Origin: Bdellovibrionales bacterium
GTDB taxonomy: Bacteria > Bdellovibrionota > Bdellovibrionia > Bdellovibrionales > UBA1609
Length of the DNA: 64,000 nucleotides
Assembly (NCBI GenBank): GCA_020850475.1
Contig: JADZEO010000011.1
Span: 10,764 to 74,763 of the forward strand
Reading direction: 5' to 3'
A model generated the notes under the pieces. That model had not been told where the DNA came from. It worked only from the letters and a program-made list of their open reading frames with translations, and did not search any database. The translations under genes were made by a program, and so were the position numbers. Each line of letters opens with the position of its first letter. Position 1 is the first letter of the stretch. Below are positions 62,377 through 64,000 of this stretch, in pieces.

Positions 62377-64000
62377 ATGGCTTTGACTGAGATGTGCCGC
62401 AAGTGTGGAAGTGTGTTGTCGCTCGTATTAACCTTAGTGGTGGTCGCGCTGAGCTGGAGTTGCACTCGCAGCAGCGATTCCAAAGGACGAATTCGCCTCA
62501 CCGTCCCTGCCAAAATTTCTTCGTTACGCCAACAAGGTAAGGTCGCTGGGCAATCCGTGGCCACAGCTCAGCTGGAGTATGCGGCGGTTAACATCCGTCA
62601 TGGGATGACAGGTTTTCCGTTTGTCCACGAGATGGAATTTCACGACAATGGGCCGACCGGCACTGAAATTGTCATCGAGGTACCGAATCCCCCGACTGGA
62701 AGCGATCTGTTTGTTCAGTTTCTGGGTGCGTACCGAGACGAAGAATCAATGTTGATTTCTTATGGCGACAGTGGTGGTCTCATTGCGATCTCGGCGGGTT
62801 CAGTTACAGAACTCAATCTCAACGCCACCGTGTTTGGTTCGGCAACCAAAGAAGGATTGGTGGCCGGGCGAGTGCTGACGGGTCAATCCCCCGATGTAGG
62901 ACCGACGGGCGAGATGATCATGCGCTTTAATCCCCCGGCCGGCAAACCTCAGATGAATCTCGATGTGACCGAAATTTGGAATGGTTGGTTTCAAATTTTT
63001 GCGCTCGATTCCACCTCCATCAGCTTTGACTACGCGATGCCCGACGGCACGACGGTATTTTCGAATGTTTCTTTGAGCAGCCCAATTTTCTCGAGCCCGA
63101 CCGGACTTAATCATCGCGTAAAATTTGAAGTGCCTCAGAGCACCCGCATCGACGGCGACGGCTCTTCCGCAAGCACCAGGACTCAGTTACCCAAAGACAT
63201 GGTGCTCGGTTACTTTGCAAGCCCAGCTCTTGCGAGTCCCAATTGGACCGGCTACAACATGTGCTATTCCACTTTGGATGAGTCATTGATGGGAATGTGG
63301 GCCAATGAAACGATGACCATTCCGTTAGTTTACAATGCCAATGGATCAGCTGCGGAGATTCGCCAAGTCGCGGGTGGTGTGGCGTCGACTTTTCAAAATG
63401 CTTTTACTTCGGCCAGCTGTGACCCTGCCTCGGGAACAGCCATGCGCCTTTATCCGCAGTCAATCGGCTACAACGAAGGTGACGTGATTGGGATGCGCGG
63501 TCCTTTCCAGCGCCTTGATCCAGTCACTCGTTGGGAAGGTTATGTGCGCTCCAAATTTGATTCGGGCTTGAGTCAAATTGTTCTTAACTGGAAGTATTTG
63601 CCGGGTGCAGGATCGGTTGTGGGTGGTGCCACCATCTTTGGTAAGTACAGTCCCTCCGGCGGCGGCGACGGGGGCGGTGGCCATGGCGAGCCTTGCGATG
63701 CCTACGCTCAACAGCGGGGATTTATGCCAGTCCTGGAAATTCCCGGTGGCGGCGAGACGGCTTCCATTGGTAGCGTGGACGGACATCCAGTTACTAGCGG
63801 CGACGCTTACAGTTTTCGCTTTGTGATTTGTCCCTTCCGGCAGCAAGGCACGATGCGCCGCTATTCGCAACACGGCGTGACCGCGAGCTGTGTCGGCAAT
63901 TGTGGTGATTCGATGCACTTTGGTTGGGCGGTGCCGGGGGACAACCTTGACGTCTCCGGGGCGGCAGAGTTTCGTAGTGATGGTTCCGGAATTAGCAAAG
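62377..64000 (+). CDS. large envelope protein (probable lipoprotein), 3'-truncated by the window edge; absent from the ORF track
   Basis: My manual translation from the ATG at 62377 (TAGGAGAGGA RBS) found no stop codon through nt 64000, which is more than 540 codons. The N-terminus MALTEMCRKCGSVLSLVLTLVVVALSWSCTRSS is a signal/lipobox-like sequence. All track ORFs in this span are antisense or out of frame. Confidence 0.7.
   Translation, partial: MALTEMCRKCGSVLSLVLTLVVVALSWSCTRSSDSKGRIRLTVPAKISSLRQQGKVAGQSVATAQLEYAAVNIRHGMTGFPFVHEMEFHDNGPTGTEIVIEVPNPPTGSDLFVQFLGAYRDEESMLISYGDSGGLIAISAGSVTELNLNATVFGSATKEGLVAGRVLTGQSPDVGPTGEMIMRFNPPAGKPQMNLDVTEIWNGWFQIFALDSTSISFDYAMPDGTTVFSNVSLSSPIFSSPTGLNHRVKFEVPQSTRIDGDGSSASTRTQLPKDMVLGYFASPALASPNWTGYNMCYSTLDESLMGMWANETMTIPLVYNANGSAAEIRQVAGGVASTFQNAFTSASCDPASGTAMRLYPQSIGYNEGDVIGMRGPFQRLDPVTRWEGYVRSKFDSGLSQIVLNWKYLPGAGSVVGGATIFGKYSPSGGGDGGGGHGEPCDAYAQQRGFMPVLEIPGGGETASIGSVDGHPVTSGDAYSFRFVICPFRQQGTMRRYSQHGVTASCVGNCGDSMHFGWAVPGDNLDVSGAAEFRSDGSGISK

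Noticed and set aside
62355-63918. Minus-strand track ORFs 62355-62564, 62800-63114 and 63460-63918
   Set aside because: All are antisense to the long plus-strand ORF that starts at 62377 with a good RBS and signal sequence and stays open to the window end.

Overview
This is a 64-kb window from a mid-GC diderm bacterium. The diderm call rests on LpxD, outer-membrane beta-barrels and many lipobox or signal-peptide proteins. The gene content includes a TIGR02147/DUF4423-type regulator, many secreted orphan proteins, S8 and S41 proteases, and Lys/Ala-rich tails on housekeeping proteins. That mix looks most like a Bdellovibrio-like (Bdellovibrionota/Oligoflexia) genome, but this is inference only. 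All family calls come from motifs read by eye in the supplied translations; no searches were run.

I support about 60 CDS, one tRNA-Pro(UGG), one decayed toxin pseudogene, several tandem coding repeats and a few intrinsic terminators. I saw no rRNA, CRISPR array, transposase, integrase or prophage genes.

The right part (38.5-62 kb) is mostly housekeeping: rpsR, rpmB, an L24-like KOW protein, a nitrilase-family hydrolase, a THUMP methyltransferase, hppA, metG, lpxD, infA, tex, a HAD-IIB hydrolase, topA, an S41 protease and 2-oxoacid dehydrogenase E1 alpha/beta.

The left part (2-38 kb) is accessory and envelope-oriented. The best candidates for something undescribed are:
1. A module at 23.5-28.4 kb: two paralogous leaderless beta-propeller-like proteins flank a TIGR02147-type regulator and a coupled small envelope protein, next to a LamG-like lipoprotein.
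2. A 1254-aa lipoprotein with eight Ig-like repeats capped by three tandem C1q/BclA-like jelly-roll modules in one chain. It is convergent with an operon encoding a small secreted protein, an S8 protease with a CUB-like tail, and an OM barrel.
3. A secreted 1143-aa orphan carrying a PI3/PI4-kinase/HipA-like catalytic-loop signature.

Other notable points are two different classes of membrane pyrophosphatase, an MNT-HEPN toxin-antitoxin pair plus a decayed GNAT-toxin remnant beside the tRNA-Pro, and a long ORF open to the window end (62377 onward) that is missing from the supplied ORF track.
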